A stretch of 64,000 nt of DNA from Anaerolineales bacterium (GTDB lineage Bacteria > Chloroflexota > Anaerolineae > Anaerolineales > DRMV01), in assembly GCA_027023425.1 (NCBI GenBank), contig JALVVL010000007.1, positions 89,205 to 153,204 of the forward strand. The letters are read 5' to 3'. The position numbers and the translations under genes were made by a program. The notes below the pieces were generated by a model. That model searched no databases. It was given only the letters and a program-made list of their open reading frames with translations, and was not told the DNA's origin. Position 1 is the first letter of the stretch, and each line of letters starts with the position of its first letter. Below are positions 43,390 through 52,602 of this stretch, piece after piece.

Positions 43390-44565
43390 TCAATCCGTAT
43401 AATCCATGGATTTCCCCAACAGAATAGCCCCCAGTGCCTCGTCCGTGCTTGTAAAAACCCGCGCACCCACCTGTTCAAGGCTGCGCCGCTTGGCCGGATG
43501 CGTTGCGACGCCCAACAGCGCCGTCTGCACGGGCAGGCGGGCAGCGCGCAACAACTCCGCCGCGCCCAAAACCGAGCGCAAGCCTGTGCTTGTGTCCTCA
43601 ACGACCACCAAGTGCACGCCATCGGGAGGCAAAAGTTCGGGGCGCGGCTCCCCCTCAAGCGCCCAAAGCGCCGCCGATTGCATTGCCTCAGCGTAGCGAA
43701 AGCCCAACGCCGCAAACAGCGCGGCGAGCGCATGGAAAGCCGCGGGCTTCAGCAACCGCTCTCCATCCCCAAAGCCGCGGCGGGCAAACAAATTCAAATG
43801 CCCAAAGCCGATAACCGGCAGGCTTTCCAGCCCTGCCGCTGCAAGTGCCAATTCCGCCTCGGGGGAATAAGACAACTCGGGCGGCGCATCCGGCGGATGG
43901 GACGGCCGCGCCGTCAACACAGCCGCCCTGAACTGCCCTTCCGCCAAAGCGCGGCGCAAACGCTCCGCCGTAGGCGCGCTCAGCAGGGGCTTGTCGTGTT
44001 CTTTCAGCAGCGAAGGGCTTTTCACCTCGGCGGGCAAGCCGTAAGTTTTGGCAAAGAGTTCACTGCCTAAAGCCAATTGTTGGAACAGGCGCGTTGTGGG
44101 CGAATTGAGCGAGCGCGTTTCGGCGAGCAAAGCCCGTGCCAATGGGCTTTGCCCCAAAGCGGGGAAGGCGGCGGACGGCGTGGATTGCAAGCGCCATGCG
44201 ACCTCGGCGGGAGCAACGCCGCGCTGCAGATGGGGCGCCAACAGCCGCGGCACGGCGGCAAAATCGGGTAGCGGCGCATTCCCCCACACTGGTGGAGGAG
44301 CGCCGCGCGGCTCCAACACCTCCGGCGGGGGCACACGCCCGTGCGCCTCCGCCCAAGCGTTCAGCGCCGCGGCTAAAGTCAGCGGCACCATATCCCATTC
44401 GCTGGTGATGCCCGCCGCCTCAAAGTGTTCCGGCAAATCCGGCGGGACGGCGAGCGCCCATCCCCAGCGGGCAAAGGTGCGCTTCAGCGAGGCGCTGACA
44501 GCGGCGCGGTAGCCGCGCGGCTCCACCAGCACGCCGTCAAGGTCAAACAACAGCACGGTCTTCAT
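43390..44565 (-). CDS. HAD-superfamily hydrolase-like protein (large, 391 aa), function unknown
   Basis: HAD motif I at the N-terminus (LLFDLDGVLVEP). The C-terminal part has a second DxxxG-like region (VVVEDTSTGL). ATGA overlap with hisE. Confidence 0.55.
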   Translation of the reverse strand: MKTVLLFDLDGVLVEPRGYRAAVSASLKRTFARWGWALAVPPDLPEHFEAAGITSEWDMVPLTLAAALNAWAEAHGRVPPPEVLEPRGAPPPVWGNAPLPDFAAVPRLLAPHLQRGVAPAEVAWRLQSTPSAAFPALGQSPLARALLAETRSLNSPTTRLFQQLALGSELFAKTYGLPAEVKSPSLLKEHDKPLLSAPTAERLRRALAEGQFRAAVLTARPSHPPDAPPELSYSPEAELALAAAGLESLPVIGFGHLNLFARRGFGDGERLLKPAAFHALAALFAALGFRYAEAMQSAALWALEGEPRPELLPPDGVHLVVVEDTSTGLRSVLGAAELLRAARLPVQTALLGVATHPAKRRSLEQVGARVFTSTDEALGAILLGKSMDYTD

Positions 44566-44840
44566 CGGTGGCGGCGTTCCAACTCGGCGGCAATATCGGC
44601 GAGGGTGAGGCCGCGCGCCAGCATGAGCACCAGCACGTGGTAAGTCAGGTCGGCAATTTCCTCGGTGAGGCGGTGGTCATCCTGCGCCAGCGCGGCGACC
44701 ACAACCTCGGTCGCCTCCTCACCGACCTTTTGGGCGATGCGCGGCAAACCTTCCTCCAGCAAACGGGCGGTGTAGGAATTGGGAGTGGGGTGAGCGCGGC
44801 GGTCTTGCAAAATTTCAAACAGGCGTTCCAAAGTGAGCAT
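44562..44840 (-). CDS. hisE: Phosphoribosyl-ATP diphosphatase
   Basis: 92 aa, MazG-like: L..L...I..R......SYT..L...G...I..K.GEEA.E...A, E.ADL.YH..VL. Confidence 0.9.
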   Translation of the reverse strand: MLTLERLFEILQDRRAHPTPNSYTARLLEEGLPRIAQKVGEEATEVVVAALAQDDHRLTEEIADLTYHVLVLMLARGLTLADIAAELERRHR

Positions 44841-44903
44841 GACTGCCTCCCGAAGGTGGGTTTACGGCGGCCAAGGATAATCGGCCGATAAAACGCTTAT
44901 CTC

Positions 44904-44966
44904 CTCACATGGAGAACACGGGGAGCACGGAGAAAATTTTCTGTGTTTCCCGTGTGCTTCTGTGAG
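44904..44966. repeat. Family A-related imperfect hairpin (CACGG/CACAG words) in the hisI-hisE spacer
   Basis: CTCACATGGAGAACACGGGGAGCACGGAGAAAA / TTTTCTGTGTTTCCCGTGTGCTTCTGTGAG. A T-poor arm followed by an A-poor arm, as in the C modules. Confidence 0.55.
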
Positions 44967-44994
44967 AAGTGGCTGTGATCGTGAAACTTGCTAT

Positions 44995-45348
44995 CTATAC
45001 AGGCGGCCAAGGGGCAAATTCCAGCGAAGGGTAACGGCGGTAAAAGCAAGAAACGTTGCCGGTGTGGCAAGCCGGGCCGGCGGGTTCAACCAGCAAGAGC
45101 AATGTATCGGAATCGCAATCCACGCGAATTTCAACTACCTTTTGGATATTGCCCGAAGTTGCGCCCTTGTGCCACAGTTCGCGGCGGCTGCGCGACCAAA
45201 AATGAGCCTCGCCGGTCTCCAAAGTGAGTTTCAGCGCCTCGGCGTTCATGTACGCTACCATCAAAACTTGGTGCGTGTGCACATCTTGAACCACAGCGGG
45301 GAGCAAGCCGCGCTCGTCAAACTTCAGCGGCGGCAAGTCCATTGGCAT
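44995..45348 (-). CDS. hisI: Phosphoribosyl-AMP cyclohydrolase
   Basis: GL.PAVVQD......LM.AYMN.EAL..T...G.A.FWSRSR..LW.KG.TSGN.Q.V.....DCD.D.LL..V...GPACHTG..SCF. Confidence 0.92.
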   Translation of the reverse strand: MPMDLPPLKFDERGLLPAVVQDVHTHQVLMVAYMNAEALKLTLETGEAHFWSRSRRELWHKGATSGNIQKVVEIRVDCDSDTLLLLVEPAGPACHTGNVSCFYRRYPSLEFAPWPPV

Positions 45349-45448
45349 CCTCCTCGGTTAGAATGCCAAATTTTACCTCAGAAGCCCGTGCGCCGTCATC
45401 ATGGTTTTAACGGTATAATCAAGCCCACAACCTGTGCGGAGGACAAGC

Positions 45449-46207
45449 ATGGAAGCGACACTTTCCCTTGAAGGCAAAGTAGCAGTGGTAACGGGCGCAT
45501 CGCGCGGCATCGGCCGCGCCATTGCCGTGGAACTTGCAAAGCGCGGCGCGGCCGTGGTGGTCAACTACAACCGCTCGGCCGATAAAGCCCAAGAAGTCGT
45601 GGAAACAATCCGCAACGCCGGCGGCAAAGCCGAGGCCTTCCAAGCCGATGTTTCCTACTTTGACCAAGCCAAAGCGCTGATTGATTTCGCGGTCAAAACC
45701 TTCGGCGGACTGCACATTTTGGTCAACAACGCCGGCATCACCCGCGACAACCTCATAATGCTGATGAAAGAGGAAGACTGGGATGAAGTTATCCGCGTCA
45801 ACCTCAAAAGCACATTCAACTGCTCCAAAGCGGCAGTGCGCCACATGATGCGCAAGCGCTGGGGACGCATTATCAATATCACCTCGGTCTCCGGCCAAAT
45901 TGGCAATGCAGGCCAAACCAACTACTCGGCCTCAAAGGCGGGGCAAATTGGCTTTACGAAAGCGCTGGCGCGAGAAGTGGCCTCGCGCAACATCACCGTA
46001 AACGCCATCGCCGCCGGTTACATTGAAACCGACATTTGGGAAGGCGTGCCCGAAGACGCCATCAAGAGCCTTATGAGCATGATTCCGCTCGGGCGCAAAG
46101 GCGAGCCCGAAGAAATAGCCTACGCTGTGGCGTTCCTTGCCTCCGACCAAGCCGCCTACATCACCGGGCAAGTGCTCGGCGTTGATGGCGGCATGGCAAT
46201 GGCTTAG
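45449..46207 (+). CDS. fabG: 3-oxoacyl-[acyl-carrier-protein] reductase
   Basis: L.GKVA.VTGASRGIGRAIA..LA..GA.VV.NY, NNAGITRD, YSASKAG..GFTK.LA.E.ASR.ITVNA.APG.I.T. Confidence 0.88.
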   Translation: MEATLSLEGKVAVVTGASRGIGRAIAVELAKRGAAVVVNYNRSADKAQEVVETIRNAGGKAEAFQADVSYFDQAKALIDFAVKTFGGLHILVNNAGITRDNLIMLMKEEDWDEVIRVNLKSTFNCSKAAVRHMMRKRWGRIINITSVSGQIGNAGQTNYSASKAGQIGFTKALAREVASRNITVNAIAAGYIETDIWEGVPEDAIKSLMSMIPLGRKGEPEEIAYAVAFLASDQAAYITGQVLGVDGGMAMA

Positions 46208-46225
46208 CCCCCCGAGGAGAGAACG

Positions 46226-46588
46226 ATGAGCGAAAACACCAACCCTACCGCCGAGGCGACCACTCCCGGCACCACCACGGTTTCCCCCGAAGTGCTGGTG
46301 GAAATTGCCCGGTTGGAAGCGCTAAAAGTGCCCGGCGTGTATGGCATGGCGCCCACGCCGAGCGGGGTGAGCCGCCTGTTCCGCCCCGGCGCAGGCGAAG
46401 GCGTTTGCCTGCGGGTGGAAGACAATGTGGTAGATGTAGACCTCTACATCATCGTGGAAAACGGGGTGAACTTGCGGCGCGTGAGCCGTGAGGTGCAAAA
46501 GGCCATCGCTCGCGCCATTTCCGAAATGGTAGGCATGGTGCCCGGCCGCATCAATGTGCACATTGAAGACATCCACTTTGAACGGTAG
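46226..46588 (+). CDS. Asp23/Gls24-family (alkaline shock protein-like) protein
   Basis: V...IA..EA..V.GV......GV.V........VD..I.V..G.N......VQ..I is typical of Asp23. Position upstream of nusB as in many Gram-positive genomes. Confidence 0.8.
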   Translation: MSENTNPTAEATTPGTTTVSPEVLVEIARLEALKVPGVYGMAPTPSGVSRLFRPGAGEGVCLRVEDNVVDVDLYIIVENGVNLRRVSREVQKAIARAISEMVGMVPGRINVHIEDIHFER

Positions 46589-46591
46589 CCC

Positions 46592-47038
46592 ATGAAAGCA
46601 CGCACCCGCGCCCGCGGCCATGCCTTACAAGTTCTATACGAAGTGGACGTAGCCGGCCACCGCCCCGGCGAGGTTTTCCAATACTGGCTGGATGAAAACC
46701 CCTTGCCGAGCGAGCGGCTGGTGAAATTCGCGCGCGACATCATCTTCGGCGTTTTGCCCCTGCGCGACGCCTTAGATTCTTGCATAGGTCGCTATGCTCC
46801 CGAATGGCCGATTGACCAAATTTCCCCTATTGACCGCAACATTTTGCGCATTGCCCTGTGGGAAATCGTCTTCAGCCCCGATACGCCGGTCAACGTGGCG
46901 ATAAACGAAGCGGTTGAGTTGGCAAAGGTTTACGGAACGGACAGTTCACCGCGGTTTGTGAACGGCGTGCTGGGTAGCATTGCGCGCAACCTAAACTCTG
47001 TGAAGCAATCCCTGCAATCGGCAGCGAAAGGCAAATGA
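46592..47038 (+). CDS. nusB: Transcription antitermination factor NusB
   Basis: R.RAR..ALQ.LY..D, ....DR.ILR.A..E......P..V.INEAVELAK.Y....S..FVNGVL. Confidence 0.9.
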   Translation: MKARTRARGHALQVLYEVDVAGHRPGEVFQYWLDENPLPSERLVKFARDIIFGVLPLRDALDSCIGRYAPEWPIDQISPIDRNILRIALWEIVFSPDTPVNVAINEAVELAKVYGTDSSPRFVNGVLGSIARNLNSVKQSLQSAAKGK

Positions 47039-47379
47039 GCGTTTTTGGCATAGGGCCGCTTGAATTTCTGCTGATTCTCCTCATTGCGTTTCTGGTGCTC
47101 GGCCCCGAAGATGCGGCTGAGCAAGCCCGAAAACTCGGAAAATTCATCCGCAAATTGCGGCACAGCGAGGCGTGGTATCTGTTTACAAACATCCGTTACG
47201 AAATTGAAGACTTGCCGCGGCGCTTGCTTGAGGAAGATGAACACACCTACCCTTGGGAAGGGGCAATACATGCCCATGAGCACCACGCGGCCGCGCAAGA
47301 GGCTCGGCAAGCAGTTCGCCCATCCGAAGGAGCAAACGCCGAGCCGCGCCCCGAGCACGGCGGGGAAGGAGGGAATTGA
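47035..47379 (+). CDS. TatA/TatB-family Sec-independent translocase component (divergent)
   Basis: The N-terminal GIGPLEFLLILLIAFLVLGPEDAAEQARKLGKFIRKLR matches the TatA/B TM-plus-amphipathic-helix pattern, except that the usual GP.KLP is GPEDAA. ATGA overlap with nusB. Confidence 0.6.
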   Translation: MSVFGIGPLEFLLILLIAFLVLGPEDAAEQARKLGKFIRKLRHSEAWYLFTNIRYEIEDLPRRLLEEDEHTYPWEGAIHAHEHHAAAQEARQAVRPSEGANAEPRPEHGGEGGN

Positions 47380-49052
47380 TGGAATTTGAACCAATAGGCG
47401 AAATCATCGGCGGTAGCCTAAAGGAAGGGTTGCGCGTGCGGCTGTTTGTGCCGCCGCAGGAAGTGCAGGAGGGGGCATTTTTGGTGGCTGAAGATAACGG
47501 TTGGCTGTTCTACGGTTTGGTGACCGACCTGCGGCTGCGCGCGAACGACGAGCGCTTTGCCGATAGCCGCATCTTCAAGCCGCTAAAAGGGGCATTGGCA
47601 GAATTGGCGCGCTCCGAACTGCTTTACACCGAAGCCGAAATGTTCCCTGTCCTCATGCAACCCACCCTGGAAGCCTACGACGCCAGCGGCGGCGAACTTC
47701 CTCAGCAGGCTATGCCGGTCAAAACGGTGCCCGGCCATGCCACGCCGGTGCGCCTTGCCCAAGCAGGCGATATTGACGAAATTTTCAAAGGCGATTTCAT
47801 CATCGGCTACACCCGCGAGCAGGGGTACCCCGTCCGCATCAACTTGGAAAAATTCGTCCAGCGCTCGGCGGGCATTTTCGGCGCAACCGGCACGGGCAAA
47901 TCGTTCCTGACGCGCATCCTGCTTGCCGGAATAATCCAACATAAAAAGGCCGCCACGCTGGTCTTTGACATGCACAACGAATACGCCTACGACGACATAG
48001 CCTCGGACACCCAAAAGCGCATCGCAGGGCTTCAGACCAAGTTCGGCAGCCGCGTGCTTGTGGTTGGGCTTGGGAAAGGCGCGATGATTCGTGGCAAGCG
48101 CCCCGATTTGGACTTGGTGATTTCCGAGCAAGACATCACCCCCGAAGATATCCTCATGCTCACCCGCACGCTCAACCTACGCGAAACCACCGCCACCACC
48201 TTGGACGCCCTCTACCACGACTTCCACGAAAAATGGTTCACCGAATTTCGGAAGATGAAAGTGGGTGCGACGGAGGAGATTACCGACGACAACGGCAAAA
48301 CCCGCCGCGTCCCTGCCCCCGACAGCGTGGCGGCTTGGGCTAACGAGGCGGGCGTGAACGTAATGGCCGCCGAAGGGTTGCACAACAAACTGCGCCGTCT
48401 TTTCAACGCCGAATACATCGTAGAAGAACCCGCCACCGACGCACTACGCCAGATCACTGACGCGTTGGAAAACGGCCGCCATGTGATCCTTTCCTTCGGT
48501 GATCACGATAAAGAACTGGACTACTTGCTTGTTACCAACCTCATCACCCGCAAAATTCGCGAGCATTGGGTAAAACGCACCGATGATTACCGCACCGGCA
48601 AATCGCAAGAAAAGCCGACGCCGCTGGTGGTGGTGGTTGAAGAGGCGCATAAACTGCTCAACCGCGAAATGGCCGCGCAGACCACTTTCAGCACAATCGC
48701 TCGCGAACTGCGCAAGTATTTCGTCACGTTGCTGATAATTGACCAGCGGCCGTCACAAATTTATGATGAGGTGATGTCGCAATTAGGCACGCGCATTTCG
48801 GGCAAACTTTCGGATGAGGAAGACATCCGTGCTGTGCTATCAGGCCAAGCGGCGCGCGACCAACTTCGCGGCATGCTTTCGCGCCTCCAAGAAAAAGAAG
48901 AAGTGCTCATTTTGGGATGGGGTGTGCCGATGCCGTTGCCCATCCGCTCGCGGCGCTACGACGACCGCTTTTGGGAGGAACTTACAAGTGGAGAAAGTAA
49001 CTCGTCGGGCATAACCGACCCTTTCACCGCATTGGGATTCTCGCATTCGTAG
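47379..49052 (+). CDS. herA: HerA-like FtsK/HerA-superfamily ATPase (DUF87)
   Basis: N-terminal HAS-barrel-like region, Walker A GIFGATGTGKS, Walker B PLVVVVEEAHKLL, arginine-finger-like region ..IDQRPS. The ATG at 47379 overlaps the upstream TGA by 1 nt. Confidence 0.75.
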   Translation: MEFEPIGEIIGGSLKEGLRVRLFVPPQEVQEGAFLVAEDNGWLFYGLVTDLRLRANDERFADSRIFKPLKGALAELARSELLYTEAEMFPVLMQPTLEAYDASGGELPQQAMPVKTVPGHATPVRLAQAGDIDEIFKGDFIIGYTREQGYPVRINLEKFVQRSAGIFGATGTGKSFLTRILLAGIIQHKKAATLVFDMHNEYAYDDIASDTQKRIAGLQTKFGSRVLVVGLGKGAMIRGKRPDLDLVISEQDITPEDILMLTRTLNLRETTATTLDALYHDFHEKWFTEFRKMKVGATEEITDDNGKTRRVPAPDSVAAWANEAGVNVMAAEGLHNKLRRLFNAEYIVEEPATDALRQITDALENGRHVILSFGDHDKELDYLLVTNLITRKIREHWVKRTDDYRTGKSQEKPTPLVVVVEEAHKLLNREMAAQTTFSTIARELRKYFVTLLIIDQRPSQIYDEVMSQLGTRISGKLSDEEDIRAVLSGQAARDQLRGMLSRLQEKEEVLILGWGVPMPLPIRSRRYDDRFWEELTSGESNSSGITDPFTALGFSHS

Positions 49053-49115
49053 GTTGTTGCGTCGCGAAGTTGTTGGTTCAAGTAAGCCGCCGAAACACCG
49101 GAACACCATCAACCC

Positions 49116-51689
49116 ATGATTCCCCTAAAACTCACCCTCAAAGGCTTCCTTTCGTACAAAAACGAGGTAGAGGTTGACTTTACCAACGTGGATTTGGCGT
49201 GCATCAGCGGGCAAAACGGGGCGGGCAAATCCAGCCTGCTGGACGCAATGACGTGGGCGCTTTTTGGGAAAGCCCGTCAAAGCGGCGACGGCGTAATCAC
49301 CAATTCCAAAGGTGTGGACGAGGCAGTAGTTGCCCTCACTTTTGAATACGAAGGCAACATCTACAAAGCCACGCGCAGGCGCAGGCGCGGCAAATCTACC
49401 GTGCTGGAATTTCACATCCTTGCCGACCCGCCCGACACGTGGAAACAACTCACCGGCAGTTCCGTGCGCGAAACCCAGCACTTCATAGAAGAAACTTTGC
49501 GCATGGACTACGACACCTTCATCCACGCCTCGTTTTTCCTGCAGGGCGAAGCCGACAATTTCACGCAAGAGCGGCCGGCGCGCCGCAAAGAAGTGCTCGC
49601 CAGCATTTTGGGGTTGGAGCAGTGGGAAGAATACCGCCAGCGCGCCGTTGAGCACCGCAAAGCCGTTGAGACACAAATCGCCAGCCTTGACCAGCGGATG
49701 CAAGAAATCCGCGACGAAATGGCGCACGAGGCCGAACTCAAAACATACGAAGGGGAACTCCAAGACGACATCAAACGCCTAAACAAAGAAGCGGAGGACA
49801 AGGAGAAACTTCTGCGCGAATATGAGCGGCGCGCGGCTTCCATCCGACGCCAAGAGGAGTTCCTTGAAGAACTGCGGCGTCAGGTGGAAAACCACCGCCG
49901 CCGCGCCGACGAACTCCGCACCCTGCTGGAAAGCCGCCGCACCGAAATTGCCGAAAAGGAAGAACTCCTGCGCCGCGCCGACGAACTCCGCACAGCGCGC
50001 TCCCGCTGGGAGCAGGTGCGCGCCGACCTCGCCAAATTGGAAAAACTTCAAGCCCGACACCGCTCCTTGTTGGAAAAGCGTGAACCATTCCTTGAACAAA
50101 TCAACCAAGAGCGCGGCCGCCTTTTGCAAGAACAAAAAGCCCTTCAACGGCGGCAAAACGAAATCGCCGCCATGCGCCGCAAATACGAAGAACTGCAAGA
50201 ACGCATCAGAGAACTGAGCGCCGAGAAAGCACGCAAAGCCGCCGCTCTGGAAGAAGCCCTAAAAGCCCAAGAGCGCGCCGCCGCGTTGCGCGCACAATTG
50301 GCCGAACTCGGCTCGCTCCGCTCGCAGGCACACAAAGAAGGCGAACTGCGCCGCAATTGGCAAGAACAGTTGGAAAACCCCGGCTTGGCGCGGTGCCCGC
50401 TTTGCGGCTCGCCGTTGGAAGGCGAACACCGCGAAGAAGTCAAGGCACGCGTTGAAAAAGAATTGGAGGAACTGCGCGCCAAAGTGGCCGAATACAATCG
50501 TCAAATCAAAGAACTCACCGAAGAATTCAACGAAGCCACACGCACCGCCCAAAAGGCCGAAAAACTCCAGCGCGCCCTCCAAGCAGCGGCCGAGCGCCTA
50601 AAAGCGCTGGAAACCGAAGCCGCCCTGCTCCGCACCGAAATTGAGCAGTGGGAAACCAAAGATGAACCACGCCTAAAAGCCGTTTTGGCGGCGCTGGAAA
50701 ACGAAAATTTTGCTCCTGAGGCGCGCTCCGCCCTCCAAAAACTTGATGCCGAAATCCAAGCACTCGGCTACGACGCCGAAGCACATGCCAAAGCCCAAGA
50801 GCAGGAAAAGCGGCTGAGTGAAGCCGTCAAGCAATTGGGCGAAATTGAGCGCGCCGAAGCCGCACTTGTTCCCCTTCGCAGGGAAGCCGCCGAGGCCGAA
50901 AAGCGGCTCAAAGAAGCCGAAACCGAACTCGCCCCGCTGGAAAAGCGCTACACTGAAGCCGCCGCCGATTTAGCCGCCGAAAAAGCCCAAGCCCCCGATG
51001 TAGACGCCGCCGAGCGGGAACTTGTTGACCTCCGCCGCCGCATAGGTGAACTAAACACCGAACTTGGCGGCGTGCGCCAGCACCTCCACACCATAGCCCG
51101 CTACCGCGAGGAACTCAAAAACTATGAAGCCGAGCGCGGAAATCTTGCCCGCACCGTTGCCCGCTACAAAATGCTGGAGGAGGCCTTTGGCAAAAACGGC
51201 ATACCTACCTTGCTGATTGAGCAATCGCTGCCGGTGCTGGAAGAGGAGGCCAATTCGCTGCTTGAGCGCCTGACCGATGGCGAAATGCGCGTAGCCTTCC
51301 GCACCCAGCGCCCGTACAAGGATTCCAAGCGGAGCGACCTCAAAGAGACGTTGGACATTCTGGTTTACGATTCGCAAGGCGAGCGCGACTACGAAAGTTA
51401 TTCCGGCGGCGAGGCGTTTCGGGTGGATTTTGCGGTGCGCGTGGCGTTAGCGCGTTTGCTTGCCCATCGCGCCGGCGCTCGTTTGCAAACGCTTGTCATT
51501 GACGAGGGCTTTGGCAGCCAAGACGCCGACGGCCGCGCCCGGCTGGTTGAGGCAATCCAAGCCATCCGCAACGAATTCGCCAAAATCTTGGTAATCACTC
51601 ACATTGAAGCCCTAAAAGACCAGTTCCCAACGCGAATTGAAGTTACCAAAACGCCGGAGGGCTCTCGGGTGGAAATTATCCACCAGTGA
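49116..51689 (+). CDS. Rad50/SbcC-family SMC-like ATPase with CxxC zinc hook
   Basis: Walker A GQNGAGKSSLLDA, ~600-aa coiled coil with a central hook ARCPLCGSPL, ABC signature YSGGEAFRV, Walker B LQTLVIDEGFG, H-loop ILVITH. No SbcD/Mre11 gene is adjacent. Confidence 0.88.
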   Translation: MIPLKLTLKGFLSYKNEVEVDFTNVDLACISGQNGAGKSSLLDAMTWALFGKARQSGDGVITNSKGVDEAVVALTFEYEGNIYKATRRRRRGKSTVLEFHILADPPDTWKQLTGSSVRETQHFIEETLRMDYDTFIHASFFLQGEADNFTQERPARRKEVLASILGLEQWEEYRQRAVEHRKAVETQIASLDQRMQEIRDEMAHEAELKTYEGELQDDIKRLNKEAEDKEKLLREYERRAASIRRQEEFLEELRRQVENHRRRADELRTLLESRRTEIAEKEELLRRADELRTARSRWEQVRADLAKLEKLQARHRSLLEKREPFLEQINQERGRLLQEQKALQRRQNEIAAMRRKYEELQERIRELSAEKARKAAALEEALKAQERAAALRAQLAELGSLRSQAHKEGELRRNWQEQLENPGLARCPLCGSPLEGEHREEVKARVEKELEELRAKVAEYNRQIKELTEEFNEATRTAQKAEKLQRALQAAAERLKALETEAALLRTEIEQWETKDEPRLKAVLAALENENFAPEARSALQKLDAEIQALGYDAEAHAKAQEQEKRLSEAVKQLGEIERAEAALVPLRREAAEAEKRLKEAETELAPLEKRYTEAAADLAAEKAQAPDVDAAERELVDLRRRIGELNTELGGVRQHLHTIARYREELKNYEAERGNLARTVARYKMLEEAFGKNGIPTLLIEQSLPVLEEEANSLLERLTDGEMRVAFRTQRPYKDSKRSDLKETLDILVYDSQGERDYESYSGGEAFRVDFAVRVALARLLAHRAGARLQTLVIDEGFGSQDADGRARLVEAIQAIRNEFAKILVITHIEALKDQFPTRIEVTKTPEGSRVEIIHQ

Positions 51690-51719
51690 GCAAGACCGGC
51701 TTTCCTCACACAAATCAAA

Positions 51720-52409
51720 ATGGCCGATAGTTTATCCCCCAAAATCATAGCGCTGGTTCCCATGCGGCACCACTCGGAGCGCGTGCCGGGGAAAAATTTC
51801 CGCCCGCTGGCGGGCAAGCCGTTGTACGCGTGGATCGTTGAGACTTTGCTCGCCGTGCCCGAAATTGCCGAAATTGTGGTGGATACCGACAGCCCCACAA
51901 TCATGGAAGGGTTGAGCCGCGATTACCCCGCTGTGCGGGTCGTTGAGCGCCCCCCACATTTGCGCGACGGCAATATCCCCATGAACGAGGTGCTGCTGCA
52001 CGACACCGCCCAGTTCCCCGCCGATTTTTACCTGCAAACCCACAGCACCAACCCGCTGTTGCGCGCCGAAACCGTGCGCCGTGCCATCACCCGCTTTTTG
52101 AACGGCTACCCTGCCTACGATTCGCTCTTCGGGGTTACCCGTCTGCAAACCCGCCTGTGGGATGCCTTAGCCCGACCGGTGAACCACAACCCCGCCATCC
52201 TGCTACGCACGCAGGATTTGCCGCCGATTTACGAAGAAAATTCGTGCATTTACATTTTTACGCGCGAAAACCTCGCACGGCGGCGCAACCGCATCGGCGA
52301 GCGCCCGCTAATGTACGAAATCCCCGCCGAGGAGGCGTGGGATATTGACGAGGAGTTGGATTTCGCGATTGCGGATTTTCTGATGCGGCGGAGGTTGGAA
52401 TCTCATTGA
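51720..52409 (+). CDS. Acylneuraminate cytidylyltransferase-family (CMP-sugar synthetase-like) protein
   Basis: N-terminus IIALVPMR..SERVPGKNFR.LAGKPL..W..E.L and 229-aa size fit the CTP_transf_3 family. Distinct from the N-domain of 40661-41887. Confidence 0.7.
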   Translation: MADSLSPKIIALVPMRHHSERVPGKNFRPLAGKPLYAWIVETLLAVPEIAEIVVDTDSPTIMEGLSRDYPAVRVVERPPHLRDGNIPMNEVLLHDTAQFPADFYLQTHSTNPLLRAETVRRAITRFLNGYPAYDSLFGVTRLQTRLWDALARPVNHNPAILLRTQDLPPIYEENSCIYIFTRENLARRRNRIGERPLMYEIPAEEAWDIDEELDFAIADFLMRRRLESH

Positions 52410-52458
52410 GAAAGGCAAAAACTGGTTAACGGCAAAAGTGTGGTTGTCGATATTGCCA

Positions 52459-52586
52459 CGCCCTCACTTATCCCCCACCGCCTCGCTGGTGCTCGGCGGT
52501 TGCCCCCTTCTCTCTCCCACTGGGAGAGAGAAGGGGGCGCGGGGCTGAGGCTTTGCCGAAGCACCCGCGGGGGAAGAGTGAGGGCG
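52459..52586. repeat. Family B nested multi-hairpin palindromic element, copy 4
   Basis: CGCCCTCACTTATCCCCC / GGGGGAAGAGTGAGGGCG closes three hairpins: ACCGCC..GGCGGT, GCCCCCTTCTCTCTCCC-actg-GGAGAGAGAAGGGGGC and GCGGGG...CCCGC. Confidence 0.85.
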
Positions 52587-52602
52587 ATGCTTTATGCTGA
52601 AC

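Noticed and set aside
47379-51689. HerA plus SMC-like ATPase as an anti-phage defence island.
   Set aside because: The genes are embedded in a conserved-looking asp23-nusB operon context with translational coupling. No nuclease, Sir2, TIR or other effector gene is present, and no mobile-element flanks. This is more consistent with DNA-repair HerA and Rad50/SbcC.
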